Source: a virus
Virus record (IMG/VR): IMGVR_UViG_3300021963_000063
Span: 32,731 to 96,730 of that record
Direction: 5' to 3' (one strand)
Length of the DNA: 64,000 nt
The position numbers and the translations under genes are program-made. The notes under the pieces are model-generated. The model worked only from the letters and a program-made list of their open reading frames with translations. It was not told the origin of the DNA and made no database searches. This document shows positions 52,587 through 60,260 of the stretch, piece by piece; within the stretch, counting starts at the first letter, position 1; every line of letters begins with the position of its first letter.

Positions 52587-53078
52587 TTATGTTAGAAAAG
52601 CCTTGCCAGATGCAGCACTATTCATAATAATTGTAGCAGTATTTATATTATTATATTGAATAAATGTTTCTAGAATTCTATTAGAATTATCTAATACTGT
52701 AACATTTGGAAAGAATCCTAAATTATGATTTATTGTCCAGGTTGATGAAATTGAAGCTTGAGTGTGTACATATTTTACATGATTAACTGGGTCTTCTTGC
52801 TCAATATCCTCAAATTGTAAATCTAGTAGTACATGACCAGTCATTCCATTTACTGACTGAACTGGTGCTGATGTATCAACCATTGAAATTTGAACAATAA
52901 TGTTTTCTTGGTTATCGTCAATTGCAATATTTGTAATAGGGCTTTGATCTTCAATAGTGACAATAGTTGCCTCTTCAACTGTATTAACAGCAATAGAATC
53001 AATGCTTTCTACAGGCTCAACACTAATAGTAGTAATGTCGTTTAAAACTTCTACGGTAACTGAATCTGGAACTGGCAT
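52587..53078 (-). CDS. Virion-associated protein, leaderless
   Basis: VQSVNGMTG and WTINHNLG motifs; TATAAT-N6-ATG. Confidence 0.65.
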   Translation of the reverse strand: MPVPDSVTVEVLNDITTISVEPVESIDSIAVNTVEEATIVTIEDQSPITNIAIDDNQENIIVQISMVDTSAPVQSVNGMTGHVLLDLQFEDIEQEDPVNHVKYVHTQASISSTWTINHNLGFFPNVTVLDNSNRILETFIQYNNINTATIIMNSAASGKAFLT

Positions 53079-53085
53079 ATTTTGA

Positions 53086-54036
53086 TTATACCATTAAACG
53101 GGCTTCAACAGAATCAAAATGTTCTTTAATTACACGTTTCCATTCATATTCTAGATGAAGTCCTTCAGCCAAATGAAACTGATTTTCTTGAATAATATCT
53201 AAATTAGATACAGTATGCTGAATGAGTCTAATAAAGTCTTCATGGTCTGGTTTAAATTGTTTTCCAGGGTGATAGTGTTGCCATGGACTGTCCTCAAGAT
53301 TTGACATAATAGTTAGTCCTTGAGAATACTTTGTATAGTCTGCCCAACCATTTGTAATAATTGAGGGAGTTCCAGTAGCCATAGCTTGTAAGGGAATTAA
53401 TCCAAAACCTTCACCCCAAGATGGGTACAGCAAGACATCATGATAATGCATTAATGAAGCAACCTCTGGATAAGAAACTGTCTTATCAATAATCTTGATA
53501 TTAGGCTCGTTAATTTCTAGGTTATTATACTTTTCATATATTTTAATTGTAAGCTCGTGATCTTTAGATCCAGCGTAAAGTTCTAGGAAGGAATCAATAA
53601 CATGTGGAATATCTTTTCTAAGTGCTGGATGTCCCATACTTAAAAACTTTATCTTATCCGTTCTTTCTTTCCTTTTGGCAGGAAAAGTAGAATCTACTCC
53701 ATGCTTAAATACATATACTTCTTTATCCGTATATTGCTCTACTACACCTTTAACAAAATTGCTGGGTACCCAGATTTCATCACATTTTTCATTTATGATA
53801 TCTTGCCAACCATCTTGAAGGTTTGTGGATTCCCAAGCCATATATCCAACTTTACGGGAATTTGGGTTATCTGAAAATTTAAAAAATTTAGGAAGGTTGA
53901 AGCAGAACTCTACATCTGCATTTCTTTCAACAAGTAGTTTATGTCCAGTATCTAGGATATTACGCATTATCTTTGAGGTTACATAACCATAGCCAGTATG
54001 TACTGAGCTTGCTGCATTTGTAATGCTAAATTTCAT
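53086..54036 (-). CDS. Second GT4 glycosyltransferase
   Basis: RKD, PSWGEGFGLIPLQAMATG. Confidence 0.88.
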   Translation of the reverse strand: MKFSITNAASSVHTGYGYVTSKIMRNILDTGHKLLVERNADVEFCFNLPKFFKFSDNPNSRKVGYMAWESTNLQDGWQDIINEKCDEIWVPSNFVKGVVEQYTDKEVYVFKHGVDSTFPAKRKERTDKIKFLSMGHPALRKDIPHVIDSFLELYAGSKDHELTIKIYEKYNNLEINEPNIKIIDKTVSYPEVASLMHYHDVLLYPSWGEGFGLIPLQAMATGTPSIITNGWADYTKYSQGLTIMSNLEDSPWQHYHPGKQFKPDHEDFIRLIQHTVSNLDIIQENQFHLAEGLHLEYEWKRVIKEHFDSVEARLMV

Positions 54037-54040
54037 TTAT

Positions 54041-54340
54041 CTACTTTTGTTCTAGTTGTTCTAAACGCTTTTCAATTCTGCCAATAGCATCTTTAATAGA
54101 TGTTCCAGAATTTGGTCTCATCTCATAGGAAATGTGTCTAAGTTCTTCTTCTATGATACGCATTCTTTCTTGCATTCCAGGACGACCATTAAATCCTGGT
54201 CTTTCTTCTTCTCCAAAGTAATCATCTAGGAAGTGTATAAATCTTTTTACAAGTTTGGTAGCCTTATAAAGTCCTACCCATATTACTCCAATTGCTGTAA
54301 CTGTAGCAGCCAACATCATTAGGAATTCATTTGCACTCAT
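54041..54340 (-). CDS. Single-TM membrane protein (holin/lysis-associated?)
   Basis: N-terminal TM; PNSGTSIKDAI..IE motif. Confidence 0.55.
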   Translation of the reverse strand: MSANEFLMMLAATVTAIGVIWVGLYKATKLVKRFIHFLDDYFGEEERPGFNGRPGMQERMRIIEEELRHISYEMRPNSGTSIKDAIGRIEKRLEQLEQK

Positions 54341-54365
54341 ATTAAATTATACACCCCTAAGAAAA

Positions 54366-54677
54366 CTACTTTGAAGTAGTCTTCTTTGCTGTGGATTTCT
54401 TTGCTGGAGCCTTGGCAGGTGCCTTCTTAGCTACAGCCTTAACAGCCTTAGTTACTTCAGCAGCAACTTCGTCAGGAGTTGAATTACCTGAAATCTTACC
54501 AAAGGCAATATCGTTCTTATTGAAGTAACGAATTGCTACTGGTGCAATAGCTGCTACAAAAGCATTTAGATACAAATATGGATCTGTTACTCCAGCTAGA
54601 TACAACGCAACTGCTGCACCAAGAAATGAGCGTCCATAAGACTGCAAGATTGCAATATTTTCTTTCGATAAAGTCAT
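54366..54677 (-). CDS. Holin-like membrane protein
   Basis: Two hydrophobic helices, NxxDxAFG, Lys/Ala-rich tail. Confidence 0.6.
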   Translation of the reverse strand: MTLSKENIAILQSYGRSFLGAAVALYLAGVTDPYLYLNAFVAAIAPVAIRYFNKNDIAFGKISGNSTPDEVAAEVTKAVKAVAKKAPAKAPAKKSTAKKTTSK

Positions 54678-54699
54678 TGACTTTTCCTTTTCTGTTTGT

Positions 54700-54832
54700 T
54701 AATATACATCATATATATGTTATATATAATATATATATTAATATATTTATATATTAAATATAATTCTATATTAATATAATACTTAATTATTATATTTAAT
54801 TATATATAATTACAATTATACACAGAATTTTA
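54700..54832. other. Extremely AT-rich intergenic tract
   Basis: About 130 bp of nearly pure A/T with (AT)n runs. Confidence 0.8.
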
Positions 54833-55086
54833 AATAATGCAACGGCTTTTGAAAAAAAAGTTATATTGTTACAAAGTTGTTATTGAAACTCTTATACCCT
54901 GGATTAAAATATTTTATTTCGGCTTTTAATAAAATAAATATACACGGCTACGGCGATGGCGAAAATGAGAACTACAAACAGCACACCTATATGTTTAAAA
55001 CTCCCCTATTTGCTTCCTATGCCCTCACAGGGGCATTTAAGCAATAAGAGTTCACAAATATAAATTGCTGTGATATGATTAGAAAC

Positions 55087-55287
55087 ATGGAAAATGACAT
55101 GAATGAAAATCAGGGAACAGTAAACTACATTATGCTAGGGCGAATATATGATCTTCTTGTCCTATTATGTGATGCACAAGGAAAATCCGAGGATGTTCTA
55201 AAATTGATGGAATTACACAGACAAGGACATTTAATGAGTCCCTTGCCATCTCTAGCTGCATATGAAAAAGAAAATAGCCCAGAGTAA
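55087..55287 (+). CDS. Hypothetical protein
   Basis: TGATATGAT-N7-ATG at 55087. Confidence 0.55.
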   Translation: MENDMNENQGTVNYIMLGRIYDLLVLLCDAQGKSEDVLKLMELHRQGHLMSPLPSLAAYEKENSPE

Positions 55288-55301
55288 ATAACTCTAGGCT
55301 A
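55275..55301. terminator. Hairpin between convergent genes
   Basis: TAGCCCAGAGT-aaata-ACTCTAGGCTA. Confidence 0.55.
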
Positions 55302-55314
55302 AATTCCTTATATG

Positions 55315-55749
55315 TTATTTTTTAGGTTTACCTTCCGAAAAATTAGTAATTTCAATTTCTCTAGGCTTTAATTCATCTGGCACATTACGCTTTAAGCCAA
55401 TTACCAAGATTCCATCTTGCATATGGGCATCTGTAACATAAATATGTTCTGCCAGAGAGAAAGATCTTGTAAACTTTCTACCTGCGATTCCTCGATATAC
55501 ATAGTTTTCTGAATCTTCTGGTTTTACACCCTCAACTGTGAGAGTACCGTTTTCTTCAGTAATTTTTAGCATTGACTTATTATATCCAGCAATAGCTAGA
55601 TCAATTGCATATGTGTCTTCGTTGATTTGTCTTACGTTATATGGTGGAAATGCTGTCGCATTTGTCTTTGATAGATCATTAAATCTATCTAGTACCTTAT
55701 CCCAACCAATAAAGAATGGGTCATTTGCCCATGTTAGTGTTCCGTTCAT
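55315..55749 (-). CDS. Small heat-shock protein Hsp20
   Basis: FPPYNV, LAIAG, YRGIAGRKFTRSF, DGIL. Confidence 0.93.
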   Translation of the reverse strand: MNGTLTWANDPFFIGWDKVLDRFNDLSKTNATAFPPYNVRQINEDTYAIDLAIAGYNKSMLKITEENGTLTVEGVKPEDSENYVYRGIAGRKFTRSFSLAEHIYVTDAHMQDGILVIGLKRNVPDELKPREIEITNFSEGKPKK

Positions 55750-55755
55750 TTTTTG

Positions 55756-55800
55756 CTCCTTTTAAGCGAGTTAATTTACATCCCCATAAGGCAGATGCAT
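55756..55800 (-). ncRNA. ROSE-like 5'UTR of hsp20
   Basis: CUCGCU pairs the AGGAG SD with a bulged G; a second hairpin lies upstream. Confidence 0.55.
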
Positions 55801-55818
55801 ATATAAATTATAACATTT

Positions 55819-55868
55819 TGTTATTTTAATGTTATCATTTTGTTATCTAAATGTTATCTATTTGTTAA
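55819..55868. repeat. Five TGTTAW repeats at exact 11-bp period
   Basis: Starts at 55819, 55830, 55841, 55852, 55863. Confidence 0.85.
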
Positions 55869-55871
55869 ATA

Positions 55872-56297
55872 TTAAGATAAAGTATCCATGTTGAGCTTAT
55901 GATACTGATTTCTGATCATATCCTCAAAATTTTCTTTATTTGTTCCATATCGTAAGTTATCTAGATGATTGTTATTCTTTACATCATCCCAATGACAAAT
56001 TACCATTCCTTGTTCTGGATAACCCACAAAAGTTTGCATAACTAGAACATGTCCTCTGATGTTTTTTCTGTACCTTTCCTTAGAGTGCATTAGATATTGA
56101 ATATACCCACTCTTATCAGGTCTACCCGAAATTATTGTAGGTTCACTTACTAGCTCTCTATAACCAGATCCATTTCCATAGCCATAACGATTACGATATG
56201 ATCTAACTCTTCCCAAATTAGATACCTCGTATCCATAAGGTTCAAATGTTCCGTTTTTTTGTTTAATAGGCACTACTGCCTTCCATATTTCATTCAT
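55872..56297 (-). CDS. NUMOD4-HNH homing endonuclease
   Basis: EIWK...YEVSNLGRVRS; CHWDDVKNNNHLDNL; leaderless TGCTATTAT-N6-ATG at 56297. Confidence 0.88.
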   Translation of the reverse strand: MNEIWKAVVPIKQKNGTFEPYGYEVSNLGRVRSYRNRYGYGNGSGYRELVSEPTIISGRPDKSGYIQYLMHSKERYRKNIRGHVLVMQTFVGYPEQGMVICHWDDVKNNNHLDNLRYGTNKENFEDMIRNQYHKLNMDTLS

Positions 56298-56551
56298 ATG
56301 AGAATAATAGCACACTATTTATTATATTTAAATAGCACACTACATATTGATCAGAATGTGAATGTGATTTTAACTTGTATAGTACACGTTTTTAAAAACA
56401 ATAAAAAAATCAACTAGTGCGACCATAAGACACAATAGCTGACCTTTTATTTTAGTTTTAGTTTTTTTTAGTTTATTTTTTTTCTTATCTTGTAGTGGAA
56501 ATAATTCCTAGAATAATTAAAGTTGCAAGTATCGCAAAAGTTTCTAGCATC

Positions 56552-56740
56552 TTATCCGTCTATCATCTCGCATACTAACGCACCTATGCCAGATACTAAG
56601 CCAATAATAAAAGTAACTAGCATAACTGTTGGTGTCATACCGTCTAAGCCAATGACTAGCAATTGCAATTCAAGCAATAGGGCAGGTAATGAGAATACCG
56701 CAATAAAGGTTAGGGGAGCGATTAGGTTATAGATAAACAT
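56552..56740 (-). CDS. Small two-TM membrane protein
   Basis: Hydrophobic; follows 56743..56853. Confidence 0.55.
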   Translation of the reverse strand: MFIYNLIAPLTFIAVFSLPALLLELQLLVIGLDGMTPTVMLVTFIIGLVSGIGALVCEMIDG

Positions 56741-56742
56741 TC

Positions 56743-56853
56743 TTAGTCCTCACACATAATGCATAGTTGGGATTCGATTTCAAACGGTGCTAACTTGTCA
56801 CCGCACACTAGGCAAGTAGCCTTAGTGATTTGTTCTAGTGCTAATTCAGTCAT
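56743..56853 (-). CDS. 36-aa CxxC micro-protein
   Basis: MTELALEQITKATCLVCGD...CIMCED*; GAAAGG SD. Confidence 0.7.
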   Translation of the reverse strand: MTELALEQITKATCLVCGDKLAPFEIESQLCIMCED

Positions 56854-56873
56854 TGAACTAACCTTTCGTTTGT

Positions 56874-56911
56874 GTTAAGGTTTATTTGCTCTTTCGAGGC
56901 TCACCCTTAAC
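56874..56911 (-). ncRNA. 5'UTR RNA motif, copy 1
   Basis: GUUAAGG-GUGAGCCU-CGAAAG-AGCAAAUAAA-CCUUAAC. Confidence 0.6.
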
Positions 56912-56925
56912 TTTCTTATACTCTT

Positions 56926-56947
56926 AGTATGGCATAGGGGTATGACA
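56926..56947 (-). promoter_or_regulatory. PafBC/RecA-NDp-type promoter (variant)
   Basis: TGTCAT-ACCCCTATGC-CATACT. Confidence 0.65.
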
Positions 56948-57005
56948 ATTTCTGCCCTATTTTGGGCGTGTCGCATAATTATTTTTGTGATGTACACCAC
57001 ACTAC

Positions 57006-57134
57006 TTATACACAACCTTATACACATATGTGTATAACCTGTGGATAACCGCCTCGGGCATTTTTTCAGCCATTTGTCAATACGACACACCGTAAATCTC
57101 ACTGGAATTTTATCTGTGGATAACCTGTGGATTA
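57006..57134. promoter_or_regulatory. DnaA-box cluster 1
   Basis: TTATNCACA or its reverse at 57006, 57018, 57029, 57040, 57115; one mismatch at 57126. Confidence 0.8.
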
Positions 57135-57136
57135 TT

Positions 57137-57154
57137 GTTCACCTAATGTTCACC
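57137..57154 (+). promoter_or_regulatory. PHO-box-like direct repeat
   Basis: GTTCACC-taat-GTTCACC. Confidence 0.55.
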
Positions 57155-57232
57155 TAAACACACCCCTAAAACACCTAAAATTGTCAGCCCCCCCTGATAC
57201 GCTGAAAGCATAGAAAGAAAGGAGTGATTCAA

Positions 57233-57343
57233 ATGAAAAACTTACTAATCGTGGCTAAGTGCCAATGTTGTGAGGACAACTACCGTCTAGAAGAATTAGA
57301 TTCTGACGGTTACTGTTCAGGTTGTATCGAATACACCCTCTAA
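57233..57343 (+). CDS. 36-aa Cys-rich micro-protein
   Basis: MKNLLIVAKCQCCED...YCSGC; AAGGAG SD. Confidence 0.7.
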   Translation: MKNLLIVAKCQCCEDNYRLEELDSDGYCSGCIEYTL

Positions 57344-57400
57344 AACTGTCAGACCTATCTGATAGACTCAAACTACTAAACAAAAAGAAAGAGGTCACAA

Positions 57401-57586
57401 ATGACTTACTTAGTAACAAATAAGAGAGACGGTATCTCTAACGAATACATCTCTATTCATTCTGCCTTGCAAATGGTTGCAAGTTGCTATGACGGTGCAG
57501 GTATCACTTGCGAAATCGTCAATACAGAAACAGGGGAACAGGTAGAAATCTACCGCAACCCACTAACAGGTTGGAAGGTGGCTTAA
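57401..57586 (+). CDS. Hypothetical early protein
   Basis: ORF track; SD and promoter upstream. Confidence 0.7.
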   Translation: MTYLVTNKRDGISNEYISIHSALQMVASCYDGAGITCEIVNTETGEQVEIYRNPLTGWKVA

Positions 57587-57745
57587 ATGGCTTACACTAA
57601 ATTAAAGAATGCATCACTACTAGTAGATGCTATGAAACAATTGGAAGATGCGAAAGCAACTGCCCTAGAATTTCCTGCACACCAAAGAATGGTGGACTAT
57701 TGGGAAAATCAAATTCAAATCTTGACTAAGCGTGTCTACAGGTAA
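57587..57745 (+). CDS. Hypothetical early protein (52 aa)
   Basis: MAYTKLKNAS...; GAAGGTG SD. Confidence 0.65.
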   Translation: MAYTKLKNASLLVDAMKQLEDAKATALEFPAHQRMVDYWENQIQILTKRVYR

Positions 57746-57803
57746 AACTGTCAGACCCCTATGCTAGAATCAAACTACTAAACAAAAAAGAAAGGTGGTC
57801 ACA

Positions 57804-58019
57804 ATGACTACACTAAACACAAGAGAATTCATAGATTCTTACAATGCACTAAACAAGGCTAAGCACCCACTTAGCCACACCTCAAGTTCTGGCTATGTTG
57901 CATTAGCAACAATTCTAGAAATCTCAATTAACTGGAAACAGGGTATCAAGCAGATACAAGATACGCTAGATGAAAAATCTGCACAATGGAAAAACGAATT
58001 AGAAAGTTTGGTGAAATAA
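57804..58019 (+). CDS. Hypothetical early protein
   Basis: ATG 57804 after AAGGTGG. Confidence 0.7.
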   Translation: MTTLNTREFIDSYNALNKAKHPLSHTSSSGYVALATILEISINWKQGIKQIQDTLDEKSAQWKNELESLVK

Positions 58020-58020
58020 A

Positions 58021-58188
58021 ATGATGACACGCAAAGACTATGTAGCAGTCGCAGAAATTCTAAACTCTTACCACTTGGAAATTGAAGCACAAACTTTTGA
58101 GGATTTGCTTTCAGACTTCCAAACATTTTTCAAAAGAGATAATTCTAATTTTGACTTAACACGATTCAGAGATGCGGTGATGAAATAA
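58021..58188 (+). CDS. Hypothetical early protein (55 aa)
   Basis: MMTRKDYVAVAEIL...NSNFDLTRFRDAV. Confidence 0.7.
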   Translation: MMTRKDYVAVAEILNSYHLEIEAQTFEDLLSDFQTFFKRDNSNFDLTRFRDAVMK

Positions 58189-58332
58189 TGAATAGTTTTT
58201 ATTCTTGGATTTTAATTTTATCTTTAGCAAGTTTAGTTTTTTTAATCGGACAGGAAAAATAAAATGGAAATGTTTTTAGTTTTTATTTTTGGTCTGATCG
58301 CATTGGGAGTAATTTCAAAATACACAGACTAA
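58188..58332 (+). CDS. Two single-TM micropeptides (58188-58262, 58264-58332)
   Basis: MNSFYSWILILSLASLVFLIGQEK and MEMFLVFIFGLIALGVISKYTD; coupled stops and starts. Confidence 0.55.
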
Positions 58333-58393
58333 AAAAAATCCAAAGCTTCTGGGCGTGTTGACTTGACATTCCCAGAAATTTTGGCTCGGGGCG

Positions 58394-58468
58394 TTTTCCA
58401 CAACTTATCCACAGCTGTTAAGAACCTGTGTATAACTCACGGGAATTCTGGGGATAACCTGTGTATAA
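58394..58468. promoter_or_regulatory. DnaA-box cluster 2
   Basis: Perfect boxes at 58405, 58427, 58460; one mismatch at 58394 and 58449. Confidence 0.75.
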
Positions 58469-58471
58469 AAA

Positions 58472-58489
58472 GTTTACCAAATGTTTACC
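58472..58489 (+). promoter_or_regulatory. PHO-box-like direct repeat
   Basis: GTTTACC-aaat-GTTTACC. Confidence 0.5.
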
Positions 58490-58554
58490 TTAGACACGCT
58501 TAAAAGTCCCAAAATTGTCAGACCCCTCTGCTAAAGTGAAACTATAAATAAATA

Positions 58555-58612
58555 GTTAAGTATGAGCCTAGCAAATAAACCGCAAGGGTGAGCCTAGCAA
58601 ATAAGACTTAAC
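58555..58612 (+). ncRNA. 5'UTR RNA motif, twofold-symmetric double copy
   Basis: GUUAAGU...ACUUAAC encloses 2x UGAGCCUAGCAAAUAA joined by ACC-GCAA-GGG. Confidence 0.65.
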
Positions 58613-58632
58613 ACTAACGAAAGGAATACAAA

Positions 58633-58818
58633 ATGTATTCACTAACTATCGAAGAACTATTGGTGGGTCAGCGTTACACCTCTAGTCGTGGATTCGCTGG
58701 AGAAATTATCACTGCTGAAAAGCGTGAAGATACTATGAGCGATAGTGCTTATCTAATCTATGTCCGTCAAGACGGATTCCCTTACTACTTCTATTCAACA
58801 GTTGAGGTGACTGCATAA
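58633..58818 (+). CDS. Small beta-rich early protein
   Basis: ORF track; GAAAGGA SD. Confidence 0.7.
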   Translation: MYSLTIEELLVGQRYTSSRGFAGEIITAEKREDTMSDSAYLIYVRQDGFPYYFYSTVEVTA

Positions 58819-58973
58819 TGAATGAATTTATTTGTTGTTTTTGTGAAACAGAAATGAGTGAAGAACAAATTATTTGTTGCGACACTTACAAGGGTAAAAT
58901 GTCTTTGAAAGATTTTGAAGAAATTTATGGTTACACCTTAGTAACTCTTGACTACCAATACGAGGATTGCTAA
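58818..58973 (+). CDS. Acidic Cys-rich micro-protein (51 aa)
   Basis: MNEFICCFCETE...; TAATG coupling. Confidence 0.65.
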   Translation: MNEFICCFCETEMSEEQIICCDTYKGKMSLKDFEEIYGYTLVTLDYQYEDC

Positions 58974-59165
58974 ATGGGTTATGTAGAAATTTTTGAAATG
59001 AATTCCAATGGTGCAGGTTGGACAAATTTAGATGACCTGCCCGTTGGTGATGTAATCGAAATGCAATTTGAACTTTCAACTAATCCTAGCGTTCAATTGC
59101 TCTGTGCCTTTTGCCTTGTGCCAATTCCTAGTGGCTCAGGTAACGCCTGTGGAAAACATAAATAG
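58974..59165 (+). CDS. Hypothetical protein with C-terminal CxxC...CxxH
   Basis: ORF track. Confidence 0.65.
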   Translation: MGYVEIFEMNSNGAGWTNLDDLPVGDVIEMQFELSTNPSVQLLCAFCLVPIPSGSGNACGKHK

Positions 59166-59199
59166 TTATCCACAAGAGCTATCCACAGCCTGTGGATAA
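59166..59199. promoter_or_regulatory. DnaA-box cluster 3
   Basis: TTATCCACA 59166, CTATCCACA 59179, TGTGGATAA 59191. Confidence 0.75.
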
Positions 59200-59322
59200 C
59201 CGCCCGAGCACATTTTTATCCTGGTGTCAATTACGACATTACTAAAAAATCACGAGAATCACAGGAAAAATGTCAGACCCTTATGCTAGTATCAGAGATA
59301 CCTACTAAGAAATGAGCACTAC

Positions 59323-59856
59323 ATGACATACGCAACTCTATACCGCAACATTGCTAAGACCGCAACACCTGCACAAATTGAACAAGCCACGCAATGGTAT
59401 GCAGATGCAGAATTACTTGCTAGTGATCTAATCAGAATTTATCAGTCAAGAGGAATTAATCTAACACTAGAACATACCGCTAGTATCATTTCATCATTCT
59501 CACCTCGTCAGCGTTGGAATCGTAACGTAGTGCAAGCATTAGAATTTGCTCATGGAGGTGAGCCAAAAGGCTTAGGCAATAATCTACGCATGGCAAAACA
59601 ATCACAAGAAATTGGTTTCGATGCACTTAAGGGACTAAAGACAAATGCATTCGCTCGTGCAATTGCTGGCGATGATGATGCTATAACAATTGATGTGTGG
59701 ATGTGTTATGCAGCAGGACTAGATACCAATGCACCTAACAAAACACAATACAGAGAATTATCTGAGGCTGTAAGAATTGTTGCAAGCGAAATGAAAATGA
59801 CACCTAGAGTTATGCAAGCCCTGATCTGGATTATCTACAGGGGCAGTGCAGCTTGA
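59323..59856 (+). CDS. Helical protein resembling the HhH-GPD DNA glycosylase fold
   Basis: SPRQRW, GLKTNAF, ITIDVWM, MQALIW pattern. Confidence 0.5.
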   Translation: MTYATLYRNIAKTATPAQIEQATQWYADAELLASDLIRIYQSRGINLTLEHTASIISSFSPRQRWNRNVVQALEFAHGGEPKGLGNNLRMAKQSQEIGFDALKGLKTNAFARAIAGDDDAITIDVWMCYAAGLDTNAPNKTQYRELSEAVRIVASEMKMTPRVMQALIWIIYRGSAA

Positions 59857-59990
59857 CAGAGCCACCGAAAGGTGCTCGGGGCTTCCAGCTCCTTACCTAA
59901 TTACGACATTACTAATAACTCACAGGAATCACTGGAAAATGTCAGTGGTCTATGCTAAGATGATTTCATCATCAACCGAAAGGGTTTTCA

Positions 59991-60143
59991 ATGAAAACTT
60001 CAGTTCCAGATTTCGTTTCAGATTTCCAAGTTCAGTTTGAAGAGTGGGTTATGTCAATCCACGAAGACCTATGCACCTGTCAGGCTTGTGACCCAGAGTT
60101 TCACATGGAGTTGCTTGAAGAGTGGGAAGGTATGGTGTGGTAA
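59991..60143 (+). CDS. Acidic micro-protein (50 aa) with CxCxxC
   Basis: MKTSVPDFVSDF...; GAAAGG SD. Confidence 0.65.
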   Translation: MKTSVPDFVSDFQVQFEEWVMSIHEDLCTCQACDPEFHMELLEEWEGMVW

Positions 60144-60155
60144 AGGGCTCGGGGC

Positions 60156-60171
60156 TGTGACCTATCTCACA
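60156..60171. promoter_or_regulatory. CRP/GlxR-type site
   Basis: TGTGA-cctatc-TCACA. Confidence 0.6.
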
Positions 60172-60260
60172 TTTACGATTAAGTGAAATATCACGAAGAT
60201 CACGAGAATTGTCAGACCCCTGTGCTATGCTATGAGCATACCTACAGAAATGGAAATGCT

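Larger units (their letters stand above)
57342..57810 (+). repeat. Duplicated promoter-leader-RBS unit (about 65 bp)
   Basis: 57342-57408 and 57744-57809 share AAAACTGTCAGACC...CAAACTACTAAACAAAAA...GGTCACAA(A)TGACT. Confidence 0.8.

Noticed and set aside
54041-54677. Complete lysis cassette
   Set aside because: No endolysin is recognisable near the holin-like genes; it may lie outside the window.
56875-60260. Track ORFs 56875..57102, 59846..60040 and the 5' extension of 60183..60512
   Set aside because: They run through promoter cassettes; better SD-supported starts exist downstream.
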